The notes under the pieces are model-generated. The model was not told where the DNA came from and did no database searches. It worked only from the letters and a program-made list of their open reading frames with translations. A stretch of DNA of 62,941 bases, counting the filler. It is 12 parts of 12 records of this genome, joined end to end, with 100 filler letters (N's around TTAATTAATTAA, not from the genome) between each part and the next. Parts side by side here need not be neighbours in the genome. Positions count along the whole stretch, not along the records: positions 45,552 to 50,027 come from SRR15195285_689; positions 50,128 to 54,391 come from SRR15195285_690; positions 54,492 to 57,736 come from SRR15195285_703; positions 57,837 to 62,941 come from SRR15195285_707; 8 more parts are not named here. One strand, written 5' to 3'. This document shows, piece after piece, positions 45,939 to 58,040 of this stretch. A program made the position numbers and the translations under genes. Every line of letters begins with the position of its first letter. The stretch's first letter is position 1.

Positions 45939-48796
45939 ATGCCCGAGTTCAAGTTCGTGAAGTACGCGGAGGAACCCGAGGCGGCGGACCCGGTGCGGGC
46001 CAAGCTCGATGCGGATGTGGAAAAGATGGTGTACGCACCGGAAATGAACTCGGTGCTGTGCTGCGGGAGGACGGTGCACGCCTTCAACCTCCGCAACCAC
46101 CGTGTCGAGAAGTCGGCCAAGGAGCTGAGTACGACGGTGCTCTCGTGCATTCACCTGCCGTCGCTATCCTCGATCTTCGTCTCCACGACCACCTGCAAGG
46201 TCGCGTCTTACGACGACACCTGGTTCAAGCTACAGCGCGAGTTCCTGACCGAGGATCCGCAGCTGTGTTTCCTGGCGCCGAAGCCACACGACCACCGGCG
46301 GGGCACCCCGACACCCATCCCGTCGCGGCTGTTCACCGCGGACACCACGGGCAATATGTACGAGTGGGATCTCACCGGCCGGTTGAGTGGACTGGTCCAG
46401 CCGCTCAACGAGCGCGTCGTCGCAAAGGATTGGGTGACAGCGCTGCTTGTGCCGGATGGCAACCTCACCACCCTGGTCACAGCCTCGTTAGACACGTCTG
46501 TGAAACTCTGGGATCGCCGCACGCTGTGGAACGAGGGCGCCACCCCGATGCGCATTATCGATGCGCACTCCCGCCCGGTGACGGGCCTACTTGACCTGCC
46601 GAAGCTGGATATGTGTCTTTCATTCGGGAATGACGGCGTCAACGTTTGGAGTCCAGGGCCGGCAGCGTCCGTGATGCAGAAGCTTAGCGGCCACGAGCGC
46701 CCCATCGTCAACGTTTTCCAGGGAGCCACGTGGGAAGAGTTGATCAGCGTGGATCGGGGCGGCGACGTGATCGTGTGGGACGCACGCTTTTTCAACAAGC
46801 TTCAGCACCTGGAGGATCCGACAATTGTCGAGGACGACATCGTGACAGACGCGTGCTATGACCCATCGCGTGAGGCGATCCTGACAACACGGAGGCACAT
46901 TCGGATGGTGAGCATGAACGCCCGCGGTCGTATCAGTGCGAGCAATGCGGGTGTGTCAACAGACGCTGGATCTGTGTCGCACGTCGGGTTGTGTACTCAT
47001 ACGCTGCACTTCCTCACGGTCGCTGGAAATGAGGTGACGTACTGGCGCTGCAGCGATGGCCGCGCAGAGGCCGTGATCACTGGACTGCACGGAAAAGTAT
47101 TTCCCTTCATCGAGCACCATGTCCCGGGATCGTTGGCCAAAGACGAGATCACTGCGATGGTCATCTGCACAGAGAACAAGCCGCTTCCGGATGGCCAGCC
47201 CAACGCGGATGTCGTGTTTGCCTCTTCGGGTGGAGACATCGCGGTGCATGACACGTACGAAGGCAAGCGGCTGTGGACCATGCCAGTGTTTCCGGGCGAG
47301 CGTCTGGTGTTTCTCAAGCAAATCTCATACTCGGGCGGTGAGCAATTCTGCTGCGCTACGTCGGAGGGTCGGCTGGCCATCTTCCATAGCATCCAAACCG
47401 TTGAAGGCATTGGCACTAAGAGTATCGATTACTGCTGGGGGATGGAGGAGCGTACAGTCGGCTTCGTTCAGTATGACGAGAAGCTTCGCTATCTGGCAGC
47501 CATGCCCGCGGAAGCCGCAAAGATTCGTGTGTGGAACCTCGACCCTGCCAGAGACGGCGCAATTGATGATGTGATGGCGGAACTCCGTGAGGAAGAAATT
47601 GAGCGCGACAACTCGATAACTGGAACGTTGCACAGGAGTTCGTCTCCGCCGCCACCCACCGCCGGTGCGCACTTTACAACTTTCGCATTCTGCGGCAGCG
47701 GGACAGCAAGTGGAGGGAAGACGTTGTCCTTAGCTCAGATCTCTGCGCCATCGACACTCGAACCTGAGCCCGAGCAGGTGGAGCAGGCAGCTGACAACGA
47801 GGATGAGGAAGAGCCTGCTGAGACTGTGGAGGTCGGGTGGCTAGCTGCAGCAGATAGTGCTCACCACGTTCACGTCTGGCGTCTCGACACGTGGGAAAAG
47901 ATGTTCAGCTGGTGTACTCTTAGTTTTGTGGACAAGGGCCTTGGCCGGCAACCGATCCATAGCCTAACACCGCTAGGTACAGTCGCTGGTTCCGGAACCC
48001 CGATCTCGGCAGTCACCGATGGAGAAGCAGTTTTCGACGCAGAGGGTCTGCAGTACGACTGCGTGCTTGCGATGGACGACGTTGTAGAGGGTGGCATTGT
48101 GCTGTGGGACCTAGCAGCCCTCTGTTTGCGATGGCGTGCGACTGGCGATTCTGGATTTGTTGCCGACGATAACTATATATGCCGAAAGCAGCTTGTAGTC
48201 AACGAGTTCGTCACGACACTCCAGCGCGTGCAGGGGGATCGCTTAGAGAATGACTACCTCGTGTGCGGCTCAATTGACGGGAAATGCAAGGTCACCCTGG
48301 TGAGCGGTGGCGAACTAGTTGGTCAGCTGGTTACAGACGGTGATGATGCATGGAGCTTCTTGGATGGTGAACCACACCTCGAGGAACATCAGCCACAAGT
48401 GGACGGAGAAGAAAGTGATGAAGAGGAGCGTGCTGCTCGGGAAGCTGAAGAGATTTTTGCCCAGCTCGAGGACGCGTCGCCTTTCTACTCGTTGATGGTG
48501 CAGTCGACAGACCTCACGAAGCGCGTACAGCCAGAGTGCGTCCAGTTCCTGCGCATGTCATTGATGCAAGTACATGCATTTGTTTACGTGTGCTCACGAT
48601 TGTACATGCCCCTTCCTGCAGATACGTCGAGCAGCTAGAACGGATGACGAAAGATCCACAGGTGAAAGCGCATCTCTCGACCTTGCGCAGGGTGAGTGCC
48701 ACGTCTCAGGCGCAGACTCAGCGTAGGTCTACAATGGGGGATCGGAGCAGCAGTCGTGTCGGGCAAACCGCAGACGACTCACTCTTCCGGGAATGA
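45939..48796 (+). CDS. WD40-repeat protein (possibly WDR49/WDR64-like ciliary class), 2 exons
   Basis: LVTASLDTSVKLWD, AHSRPVTGL, LSGHERPIV, VIVWD and IRVWN. One intron near 48535-48620, then a last exon ending at TGA 48796. Confidence 0.8.
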
Positions 48797-48882
48797 GTGT
48801 GGACAGCGGGAGGGAGACAGTAGAAAACCGAGCAAGAGAGAACTTCATATACATTTACTACCGGCTGCAGCGACACACCTGA

Positions 48883-50027
48883 TCAGAGCGCAATGTCAAT
48901 GTAACCCCATTCCTCTGCACTTTGCCAGCCTTTCCCAAACCAGAAAAAGCCGAGAACACCGGCGTCGAGCACGCAGACGATGATCCCAGCAAGTAGCCAG
49001 TTGTTCCAGACGCCTTCGTCTGAATGCCCGTCCTTCCACTCGTGCGGCGGGTCAAGCGCGTTGCAATCCTCCTTGGAATCGACCCTCCTCTGCCAAGTCG
49101 GGACGGAGCAGGTACCAGGCGCGGGAGTGTACGTGCAGCCGCTCGGGCAGCGGTCACGGCGATCTTCGAAGGCGAGGTCCGTGCAGACGCCGAAGTCGTC
49201 ACATGTTCGCGGGTGTTCAAACGTGTAAGAGCAGCCGTTCAGACCACCGTCGTAAGTGTCGGGATGCGACGGCACACCCTCACACGTTGCCACTCCGTCA
49301 GGGTCTTTAGTCCAAGTCGCAGAGTTTTCGCCGTACTGAGACGTACCCAGCACACCGCTACCCTCTCTGCTCAGGTCGATGGTTTCACAGAAAGTCTTTG
49401 TTTCCACGGGGACTGTGAGCATGCAGTCTTCGAAGACACTGCAGTCGCAGTATCCGTCGATCCACTTGGCCGACCCGCACGTGCACGCCCACGTAGCTTG
49501 AAATGCTGACTGGCCAGACGCTTTTGTGGGGTCGTCACCGCTGTGAGTGTTTTGGACCCGTCCCGTATCGTCGGAGAACAGGTAACTCTGGAAAGTACCG
49601 TCCTTCTGGTCGATTGCGTTGTTCACATCGGCCTGTGCCTCGCCGTGGCAACCGCACGATTCGCACAATTCCTGAGTGTTGTGAGCGTTGCTGTGAAAGC
49701 CACCAATCAGGCAGTAGCCCGCATACCCTGTCAAGCACGGGTCGTCACCATTCCCGTCACCGGCATTGTTGTGGTCAGGGCCGCCGTGTAGGTGGCACGT
49801 GCTGGTGGCCACGACGTAGGCACTCCAGAGGCCCCAAACGAGGAAGGCGATGCCTATCGCCGCGACCACCTGAATCGCTTTGCCAATCATGAGACGGTTC
49901 CGGTTCTCGAGGTGCTCCCTGAGGTGACGTCAGCACCAACCCGACATTTGTGATCGTGCCAATGAGCAGCGCACAGGCGAGCGGAGGGGGGGAGGGAGGG
50001 GGGGCTCACTTCTGCATGTCCTCTTCG
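48883..50027 (-). CDS. 5'-truncated two-TM protein with Cys-rich extracellular loop
   Basis: TM segments AIQVVAAIGIAFLVWGLW and WLLAGIIVCVLDAGVLGFFWF flank a Cys-rich region. An upstream exon fragment (EEDMQK, GTGAGC donor) sits at the contig edge. Confidence 0.7.
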
Positions 50028-50127
50028 NNNNNNNNNNNNNNNNNNNNNNNNNNNNNNNNNNNNNNNNNNNNTTAATTAATTAANNNNNNNNNNNNNNNNN
50101 NNNNNNNNNNNNNNNNNNNNNNNNNNN

Positions 50128-50156
50128 GGCATAAGGCCCTTATGCCCGGTGTCATG
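50128..50156. repeat. Dispersed palindromic element, copy 2 (cut by contig start)
   Basis: GGCATAAG-GCC-CTTATGCC hairpin followed by CGGTGTCATG; shares 24 nt with 32218-32241. Confidence 0.75.
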
Positions 50157-50458
50157 CGTCGCCGCATGAACAGCTGGTCCGCTCACGTCCCCTCCACAGA
50201 ACAAAAACAAAAACAAACAGCAACGCTGACGGGGCTTGCGCTCTCGCACGTGAAGTGCCGACCACGGCAGCACCTCTACCCTCCCTGGAGCATCGTGCGT
50301 GGCTCTAATAACCGGGAGGCGCTGCTTCGTTCCCCGGAAGCCAGTCATTGCTCGTTCCCTCCCATCCATGCCGTCTAGAGACGCGACCTAGCAGCCACGA
50401 GATGGCTGAAAAGACACTAACGCTGTGCATTCAACCGGAGACAGCGCAGGGGCGCTAG

Positions 50459-53400
50459 CTAGAGGTACATGCCCAGGTGCTCCACTCGCGTAGTCGTTTG
50501 CAGGAGTAGGAGTTGTTCATCTGCCGGGAGCCCTGCGTCGGCGAGGATGAACGGGACGTGCTTGGACTCCCCTGCCCGCAGGAGAAAGCAATTGTCTGCG
50601 AATCGGCCTTGTGCTTGCGTCGTAAGCGTGACGTACAACGCCGTTGCGCCAGCGCCAGACGCGTCAAGAGTGTTAGTGACGATGACCTGGCCGACAGGCG
50701 ATGCTGCGACCGTCGAGATGGTCACGTTCCCCCCTCGCCCAATGTCCAAGTCCTTAGGTGCCATGTGCAAGCTGATGTGGCTGGATGCAGGCTCGTATGC
50801 TGAGTCCCCTCCACTTGGGGTCAGCACCGAGACGACATAGACATGCTTTGTGTCCATCTTGAATTCCGTCGGCAGTTCGAAGTAGCCAATTGCTCCAGGT
50901 CCTGCCGCCAGTGAAACTGTCGTTGTGAACGTGCTAGCGTTCGCATCTGCTCCGTGTTGTTGAAGTGGCTCCTCTGTGACAACTATACGGAACGGCCCGG
51001 CAGTGCTCTGATCATTCTTAACGTAGCACAAACCATCCTTTCCGCAGGTTGCCATGGCATCGGCAAAGACAGATTGCGCAAAAAAGTGTTGCAACGGCCG
51101 CCAGCGACCGCCGATGACCTGGCCGGCTGTCATCGGCTTCCCATTGCTAGAGACTGTCGTCCCGTACTCGAGGCTGCCCCAACCTCCAGTCTGGGCAAAA
51201 CAAACACATGGCAGTGGTATCAAGAACATACACAGGAGCAGAAGTGGCTTGCAACGCGACATTAGGCGGTCCTCACTGGCCAGATCTCATTCAGTTGCCA
51301 TGTCCATGTTCCAAACGTATTCGACGACCGCCGCGTCTCTATATCTGCCTTCATTTCGATTGCCTGGCCGAGCATGCAGAGGTAGAGCTGCCGCTTGAAA
51401 GCTGCCTCACCTGTCTCGTCAAGGTCAATGCTCGTGCCAAAATACACTATTATTAGTGGATCGCACGGATAATTTCTCTCAGCCATCACGTTCTCCGGTG
51501 CACCGCCCCTGCCCTTGCAGTCACGCCAGAATGCGTTTGTGATGTCGGGCTCGCGGCAGTCAGCCTGCGGTGCACCTCCGTGGACGCCCCAGTGTTCCTC
51601 TGCGAGAGTTGGCGCAATAGATTCGAACGACGAGAACACAGAGCACCCGAATTCTGAGGCAAATGTGTTCGGCTGTGCGACTCCCATTGAATCTGCGTGC
51701 TGGGGGATCGTAATCGGAGTGTTGGCGTCGAACAGCTGCAGTGGTGCCTTTTGTGGAAATGGAGGAGACCGAGGATATGGAGAGATGTTGACGGCCCTGC
51801 GCGCGGAGAAGTATACATTCGAGGTCAGCACAGAGAACAACCGCTTGCAAACAATCACGCCTGCGCGAGCTACTCACATCCAGCCATTGCCGTGATTGTA
51901 CGGTCCGTGAGTTTCCATCGTGTGCGGTTTTGGTGGTGGATGCGGAGTTTTCATGGTGACACACGCAACAACGCCTGCCTTGTGAATCTTGCCTGTGTTG
52001 TCGTATTTCATCCAACATGTTTTGTCGACGAAAACACCAACGACACAGTACTCGTCAGCCCAGCACTGCTCGCAGCAGCTTTCTTTGGTCGCGGCAGTCG
52101 TTGCCTTGCCACCCGCAGGGTTCTGGTACCCAGTATCTTGCTGGAATTGGCATTTAGCCTGTCGCATTCTTGGAGCACCCGCAGCGGTGACAATCATCTC
52201 CATAGGAGCTATCTGTGCAGTGCTAGAGTCTCCGTCTAGTTCAATGATACCACTGTCTAATGCCAGCGTGTCGTCCTCCATGTTTGCTGCCGATGTCAGA
52301 GATCGACCGTTCGGGAGTCCCGTCAGGCGATGTACACCCGTCTTCCAGCCCTTTGACGGACAACCTGGCCAGATCGGACGTGACGCATCCTCCTCTGCGA
52401 CTAGTGTCATGACGAAGCTGACATACAAGCCAGCCGCCGAGCATTCGTTGCACGAGTTCCAGACTGCGATTGATGGGCGATGTGCAAGTCGACGGATGGC
52501 GTTCTGAAAATGCAGTAAGCAAGCAGCTCAGTGTTGTGGTAAACATCATGCATAGTAGAACGCGACCAGTAGCATGTAGTGCAATGCGGACCTGTAGCTC
52601 GGCCGCCTCTTCCGTCGAGCCTGAAGGCTCGTGCGTCTTCGAGGTCGTCGTGAACATCATATCCTGTTCAATCGCCACCATCAACACGTCAAGATCAACC
52701 TCCACCGTTGCAGCACAGCTGCTCGGACGGATGCTACGCTTGAGGTGGCACCGGAAAGGTCTCACGTGGAACAACAGAACGCCGTATCGGTCTGCTGCTT
52801 CGTAGAATGCCTCGGGTAGAAAAATGCCTCCGCCCCAGACGCGCAGTGTGTTCATATTTGAATCGGCAGCACTCTTGACCAGCGCCGTGTGAGCGTCGGC
52901 GGAGTAGCGCCCTTCAAAATTGTCCATACTGTGCACGTACAACCAGCCATTATATACGAGTTGCTCATGCTCCGACCTAAAGCCAGAGCGCAGTGAAGAG
53001 ACACATACCGGTACATAATTATGTACATGACAGAACTCACGGAATCATGTTGGCACCCTTAGACCAGATGGCTTCACCATTAATCCGCCACATTACACCA
53101 AAAGATCCGCTTCCATCTGCCTCTCGGTCCTTCTCGCGCTCAGTCGCGTCAGTGTCGTTGGTGGTTACCAAGCTCATGACTCGGAACCCAACGCTCCGAG
53201 TGGCCTTAAACTCTCCCGACTCCTGGTCTAGCGTTGCGGTTAGGTTGTACAACGACTGGCTACCTTTGCCGTTGGGCCACCACAGCTTCACCTGCTGCGC
53301 GGTCGCAGACATGTTCAATATCGCCACGGCCACACCTGCTGCTTCCGAAATCTGCGCGGATCCTTCCGCTCCCCATGTGCCCGACACGCGCAGCTTCCCA

Positions 53401-54308
53401 TTTAACCCAGTGGGCGACCATAGATAGACACGCGTTCGCACTGTAAACCCAGCATGCTGCCCGTTGGCTAATCGTGTGATCGGGTGCGGCGCGTTGTAAA
53501 ATATTTCCGGCACGACATCCGTGATGACAGCGCCCTTTGACGCCACTGGGAGGATGTATACGTGCTTGCTAATCCCGAAGCTGAGCGTGTGGTCCTCGTT
53601 TTGATACGTGTTGGAATACGGCCCCCAGTCCCATCCGCCCGAGCAGGCCATGAAGCGCCCATTCGTTGGACGGTCAAACGAAACCTCCAGCGTAGATTCG
53701 AGGGGTAGGTCATTGCCATCGACGTGCGCCAGAATCTGCTTCGCGATCGAAAAGTTGTACTTGACGAACTGGTCCGTCGCCACGCCTACAACTTCGCCGT
53801 TTAGCTTGATTGTCGCGCCCATTTTGATGCCGTCAAAGACCAGCAGGACCTCTCCAGCCGCAGCGGCATGCTCGGCGAGCTGGCTCGTGGCGGGGAGCGT
53901 GCGCGTGTACGTCCACGTTTGGTTCCACAGCGGCACATTCTTCGGATCTTTCCAGTTGAGCTCATAGAGCGGGTCGCCAATCCGCCCCGCCCGCTGCAGA
54001 TCAGTGATCAGATCCCCTGGGACCTCCCCCTCGATCGCCAAAGTCCCGTCCGCGCTGCTCGCTCTCCACTGCCCGTCCAAGCTGATGGCCGGAAGCTGGC
54101 CCGCAATGCGCGGGTCGGCGAGGCCAGCACCGTCGACTGGCCGCGCTAGCAGGAGCAGCGCGCTCGCCAGTGCTACCGACCAGCTGCAGCGAAGCGGAGT
54201 GCCCGCGCACAGCGACCTGCGGGGCCCTCCAGCGTGTCCTGATCCCATCGCCGGCCCGCCCTGCAGAGTGAAGCCGCACAGACCCGTCGCGTCAGACCCG
54301 CCGGCCAT
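50459..54308 (-). CDS. GH2 beta-mannosidase-like glycoside hydrolase with inserted PAN/apple-like module, multi-exon
   Basis: VPGDLITDL, LVFDGIKM, GWDWGP, LWWPNG...LY, KGANMIP, NMNTLRVWGGG, spliced PSIAVWNSCNE (acid/base), FASEFG (nucleophile), WQLNEIWP, WGSLEY and QGRFADN. Confidence 0.9.
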
Positions 54309-54583
54309 GCAGTGCAGGGCGCCGCCGCATGCAGCAACGATCGCAGGTCTTCATACATGTACTTCAAATGCATGTACCCAGGTTGAAATTCNNNNNNNNN
54401 NNNNNNNNNNNNNNNNNNNNNNNNNNNNNNNNNNNTTAATTAATTAANNNNNNNNNNNNNNNNNNNNNNNNNNNNNNNNNNNNNNNNNNNNAGTGGTGGT
54501 GGTGGTGGTGGTGGTGTGTGTATGGGTGTGCTCACGCGCACCTGTGCAATAAAGCAACTTGTGTACAACCTCAACAATTTGCA

Positions 54584-57076
54584 TTAGCTGCTGCCGCTCT
54601 CTCCTCCGTCCTTATCAAGCTGCTGTCGTTTTGTCCAGAAGGCCTGCCATTTCCTGTCGAGCGCCGCATTTCGCCGATGCTTGGTCCCCTTCATGTGTGC
54701 GTCGAATGCGCTTTGGCCCGAGCAGACAATACCACACAGCTCGCACGATGGTTTGGCAGCCCCACTGGTGTTGTCCTCGTAGGCAGGCGAGCGAGAGAAG
54801 TTACTGCTAGGGATGAGCCCGAGGGCATCCAATCTGCCTTGGTGCACAAACGCAAACGAGACCGAGTTTGCAATGGGAAACGACTCGTTTGTTTCGACGT
54901 TCCGTGGGGTGTAGCCCGGATACTGACTGATGTCAAACAGCCACTGCGTCGCGTATACAAGCGATGGCGGCGCCAGCGGCGGCGGCAGCATATCATTGCC
55001 CCTCGAATCTGCTACTGACGTTGCTACGGTTTCCAAACACCCTTCACCTTCAGCAGCAGATTGCGACGCTGCCGACAGTCCAGATTCGCACGGGTGCTTG
55101 CAGAAGAAGCGCATGTCATACTTGTTGTCCGCCTTTGCAGAGATAATCAGCTCACCTTCTGGCTTGAGCACTGCTGCACTACCACGTAGCGTCTCAGCGA
55201 TCAAATGTCGGTTGCGAAGCTCTGCCGGCACAGCCGCCGCCTCGAAATCTGCTTTACTCAGAGTTGCTCCACACAACGGAAACTGGAATGTCACCCTGTC
55301 GAAACCATCGCCCATCCAATCGCTTCCACTGTCCTCAGCAAGCTGGTGCTTGAGCGTGGGCAGTAGGCGTGTGGCATCCACACCGTGGATAACTAGAGCA
55401 CCAAGCGCGCGCAGCTTGGCTAGGTTTTCTAGAACACCAGGCCCATACTTCAAGGCAAGGACTTCCTGAGAATCGAGCGAACTGGCTACCAGGAGTAAAT
55501 TGGCAGCACCTTTAACGTTTGCAGCAGTGGATGGCGCAGGCGATATGCATCCACCACATGCAGTGGCAATCGAGAGAGAGAAGCTGAAGTCGCCGTCACC
55601 AAGGATCAGCCACCTCATGCTGGACTTCTCACTGCGGTCGCTGACTGACGCCACTACTGCAGGGGGTGGCTGTCTCAGAATCGTGGCAGCAGCAGTTGTA
55701 GCAGCAGCGTTGCCAGTGACAGCCACTTGCGGTTGTGGCCTGCCTGACACGTCCGCTGCTATTTCTTTCAGTGCACCTAGCGAAGTAAGAGCAGGCCGGG
55801 CAGAGCTTGAACTGACCGCAGGTTCCACTGCTGCTGCCCGTAGACCGCGGAGGCCGCGGGCCGCCGCAACGGAACTGCTGCTGCTAGATGGCAGGCCACG
55901 TTTGCGGCCCCCGGATCCGATTGCGACAAAATCGACAATTTCGACCACACGCTCACCGACAATCTGAAACTGGATCTCAAGTCCGTCTAGCATGATCTTG
56001 TGATGTGCCGGTGTTTCCGCTGCTGGCGCTCCCTGCCTGGCGCCAGAATCGGTATCTCGCTGACGCTTTACCGTTGAGCGAACATCCCATGCCAAGACCT
56101 CTTCCGCCACAGCACTCACACTCTCTACATCTGGAAGTGTCCGGAGTGCTTTGCCCTGGTTGCGCGCAGCCGCGATAGCGAGCCGCTCGCGTGCTCCGGG
56201 AGCCCATCGCACGGCTGCCATCGCCCCCGCACCTCCAGGCTCGCGCACCCAGTCTGGCACCAGGGCTTCCGGAACAGAGTCGTAGTCCGGAATGTAGGGC
56301 TTAATGTCGAGCACTGGCGTGCCATCGAGCAGATCAAGTCCGGACAGCAGAACACGGCCCTTGACTGGGTCGACTCCTTCGATGCGCGCCGTAGAGAGGC
56401 CGATTGGATTGGGCCGATGTGGGCTGCGCGTGGCGAGAGTACCAACCTTGCGCGACCCTTGGAGCCGCGGTGGCGCAATCTTGGCCTTGAACCGCACAGC
56501 GCTCTGCCCCGTAGCTGTGGTGGCGGTCTTGTCGAGGTTTGTGTTCGCGTGAAAGACGAAGATGATCTGTAGGTGTGTGTATTCGGCCAGGCCATCTGTG
56601 CATCCTGCAGGGTTGATATCGCCACGCAGCTGCAGCCACGCACGCGATGACGGCGAGATTTTCCCCTGACGAGGGCAGCCATTTCTCTCAATAAAGCAGG
56701 AGGCAATTTCGCCGATTGCTTGGTAAGAGAAGGTTGGGAGCTGCTTCGTGCGGCGGCTCGCGCGGCTGGGCATGCCGCCGCTTGCAGGTTTTGAGCGCCG
56801 CTGCGACTTGGCCATGCTGACGTCTGCATCAGGCGGCAGGCTCTGGCAGATCTCTTGGATGCGTTTCTCGGCTCGCGTGCGCCCCGTGCGCTCCTCGTGG
56901 CGCAGCTTCTCAGCCTTGACTCTCGCCTGCTCGCTGCGCGCCAGTTCTGCCGCGATCGATGCCAGCTCTGCTCGGACCCGAGCTTCCTCGGACGCCATCT
57001 GTGCCCAGACCGCGGCCGCAATCGCCACGCCACACGGCAGGCCCAGCCATGCCAGCTGCCACGTGCTGCCACCCAT
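54584..57076 (-). CDS. Fusion protein: TM/coiled-coil + TrmO (TsaA-like tRNA m6t6A37 methyltransferase) + Bmt5/DUF2431-like rRNA uridine-N3 methyltransferase + U1/matrin-type zinc finger
   Basis: TrmO: GCPRQG, IFVFH, KIAPPRL, ATRSPHRPNPIGLS, GLDLLDGTPVLDIKPY. Bmt5-like: LILGDGDFSFSLS, ASSLDS...KY, HGVDATRL, FDRVTFQFP, NRHLI, YPGYTPR. Zinc finger: CELC...AHMKGTKH. One uninterrupted 830-aa ORF. Confidence 0.88.
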   Translation of the reverse strand: MGGSTWQLAWLGLPCGVAIAAAVWAQMASEEARVRAELASIAAELARSEQARVKAEKLRHEERTGRTRAEKRIQEICQSLPPDADVSMAKSQRRSKPASGGMPSRASRRTKQLPTFSYQAIGEIASCFIERNGCPRQGKISPSSRAWLQLRGDINPAGCTDGLAEYTHLQIIFVFHANTNLDKTATTATGQSAVRFKAKIAPPRLQGSRKVGTLATRSPHRPNPIGLSTARIEGVDPVKGRVLLSGLDLLDGTPVLDIKPYIPDYDSVPEALVPDWVREPGGAGAMAAVRWAPGARERLAIAAARNQGKALRTLPDVESVSAVAEEVLAWDVRSTVKRQRDTDSGARQGAPAAETPAHHKIMLDGLEIQFQIVGERVVEIVDFVAIGSGGRKRGLPSSSSSSVAAARGLRGLRAAAVEPAVSSSSARPALTSLGALKEIAADVSGRPQPQVAVTGNAAATTAAATILRQPPPAVVASVSDRSEKSSMRWLILGDGDFSFSLSIATACGGCISPAPSTAANVKGAANLLLVASSLDSQEVLALKYGPGVLENLAKLRALGALVIHGVDATRLLPTLKHQLAEDSGSDWMGDGFDRVTFQFPLCGATLSKADFEAAAVPAELRNRHLIAETLRGSAAVLKPEGELIISAKADNKYDMRFFCKHPCESGLSAASQSAAEGEGCLETVATSVADSRGNDMLPPPLAPPSLVYATQWLFDISQYPGYTPRNVETNESFPIANSVSFAFVHQGRLDALGLIPSSNFSRSPAYEDNTSGAAKPSCELCGIVCSGQSAFDAHMKGTKHRRNAALDRKWQAFWTKRQQLDKDGGESGSS

Positions 57077-57458
57077 GGTGCGCCACCCCGAACGCTACGG
57101 AGACGGGCTGTGCTTCGTGGCTTAGGCTGCTACCCGTCTGGAGAGATCTTCGCGATGAGCTCCACCGTCGGCGTACCCCGCGTACCGGTACTAGCCGCGC
57201 GGACCGATACGATGCGTCGAATGCGCGCGCGCGCGCGCCGCCGCGCCCGCGCGCCGGTATCCTAGATACAGTGCACCGGGGAGTGCACGCTCACCAGTTC
57301 GATAGCTGCCATTCTTTTTGTGCAAAAAGTCCTTGGGCGAAATCGGTGATTATCTCCATTCATTTTCACAGTCAATTCGCTCTGAATGTTGGACAAACGT
57401 TCGACATACAATTATCGGTGTTATTTTATTATACATGTATAATGATTTTGAATGATCA

Positions 57459-57709
57459 GGTGGCGGGAGGCAGGAGACAGAGAGTGGGACGGTAGTGGAC
57501 AAACGGCGGAGAACGGCGAGGCGGCGCAGTCAAGCGCAGGGCAGTGGGAGGAGTACGTGGACAAGTTCATCGAGACGGTCGACATCAACGAGCTCACCGG
57601 CGTTGGGGGGGAGCGCAAGATTTGGGGGGCGGTCAACTTGAAGTTTCCGGATGTTCCGAAGAGCGCGCGTGCCCAGGTGCGCGAGATGGGGGAGCGACTC
57701 GTCGCCTAG
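57459..57709 (+). other. Coding-like orphan exon fragment
   Basis: GC-rich open frame (...WEEYVDKFIETVDINEL...) after an AT-rich tract and a CAG; no clear upstream start. Confidence 0.3.
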
Positions 57710-58040
57710 CTGTTTTGCGCACGAGTGCTAAATTGTNNNNNNNNNNNNNNNNNNNNNNNNNNNNNNNNNNNNNNNNNNNNTTAATTAATTAANNNNNNNN
57801 NNNNNNNNNNNNNNNNNNNNNNNNNNNNNNNNNNNNGGGGGTGGTGGGTGGGGTGGGGGGGCGCAGAAGCCTTTCTGTTCTCCCCGCCGCCCGCAACCCG
57901 CGGGTTGGTGTCTAGCGGAGAAGGGGGGAACGCTCTGATCCAGATTCGAGGGCGCTTCAACGGCGCGCCACGCGGGGGACAGCAGGTTTGGGGCGCAACG
58001 GAACAAAAAAGTGAAGCCGGAGAAGACGCGGGGCAGAAGG

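Noticed and set aside
167-54308. Apparent polysaccharide-utilisation cluster (sulfatases, sialidase, GH2, DUF4838-like, GT49-sulfotransferase)
   Set aside because: The genes lie on different contigs joined artificially, so there is no evidence of physical linkage.
4983-57836. Eleven regularly recurring TTAATTAATTAA motifs within N-runs, resembling a repeat array
   Set aside because: They are identical 100-nt artificial spacers with six-frame stops, not biological sequence and not a CRISPR array.
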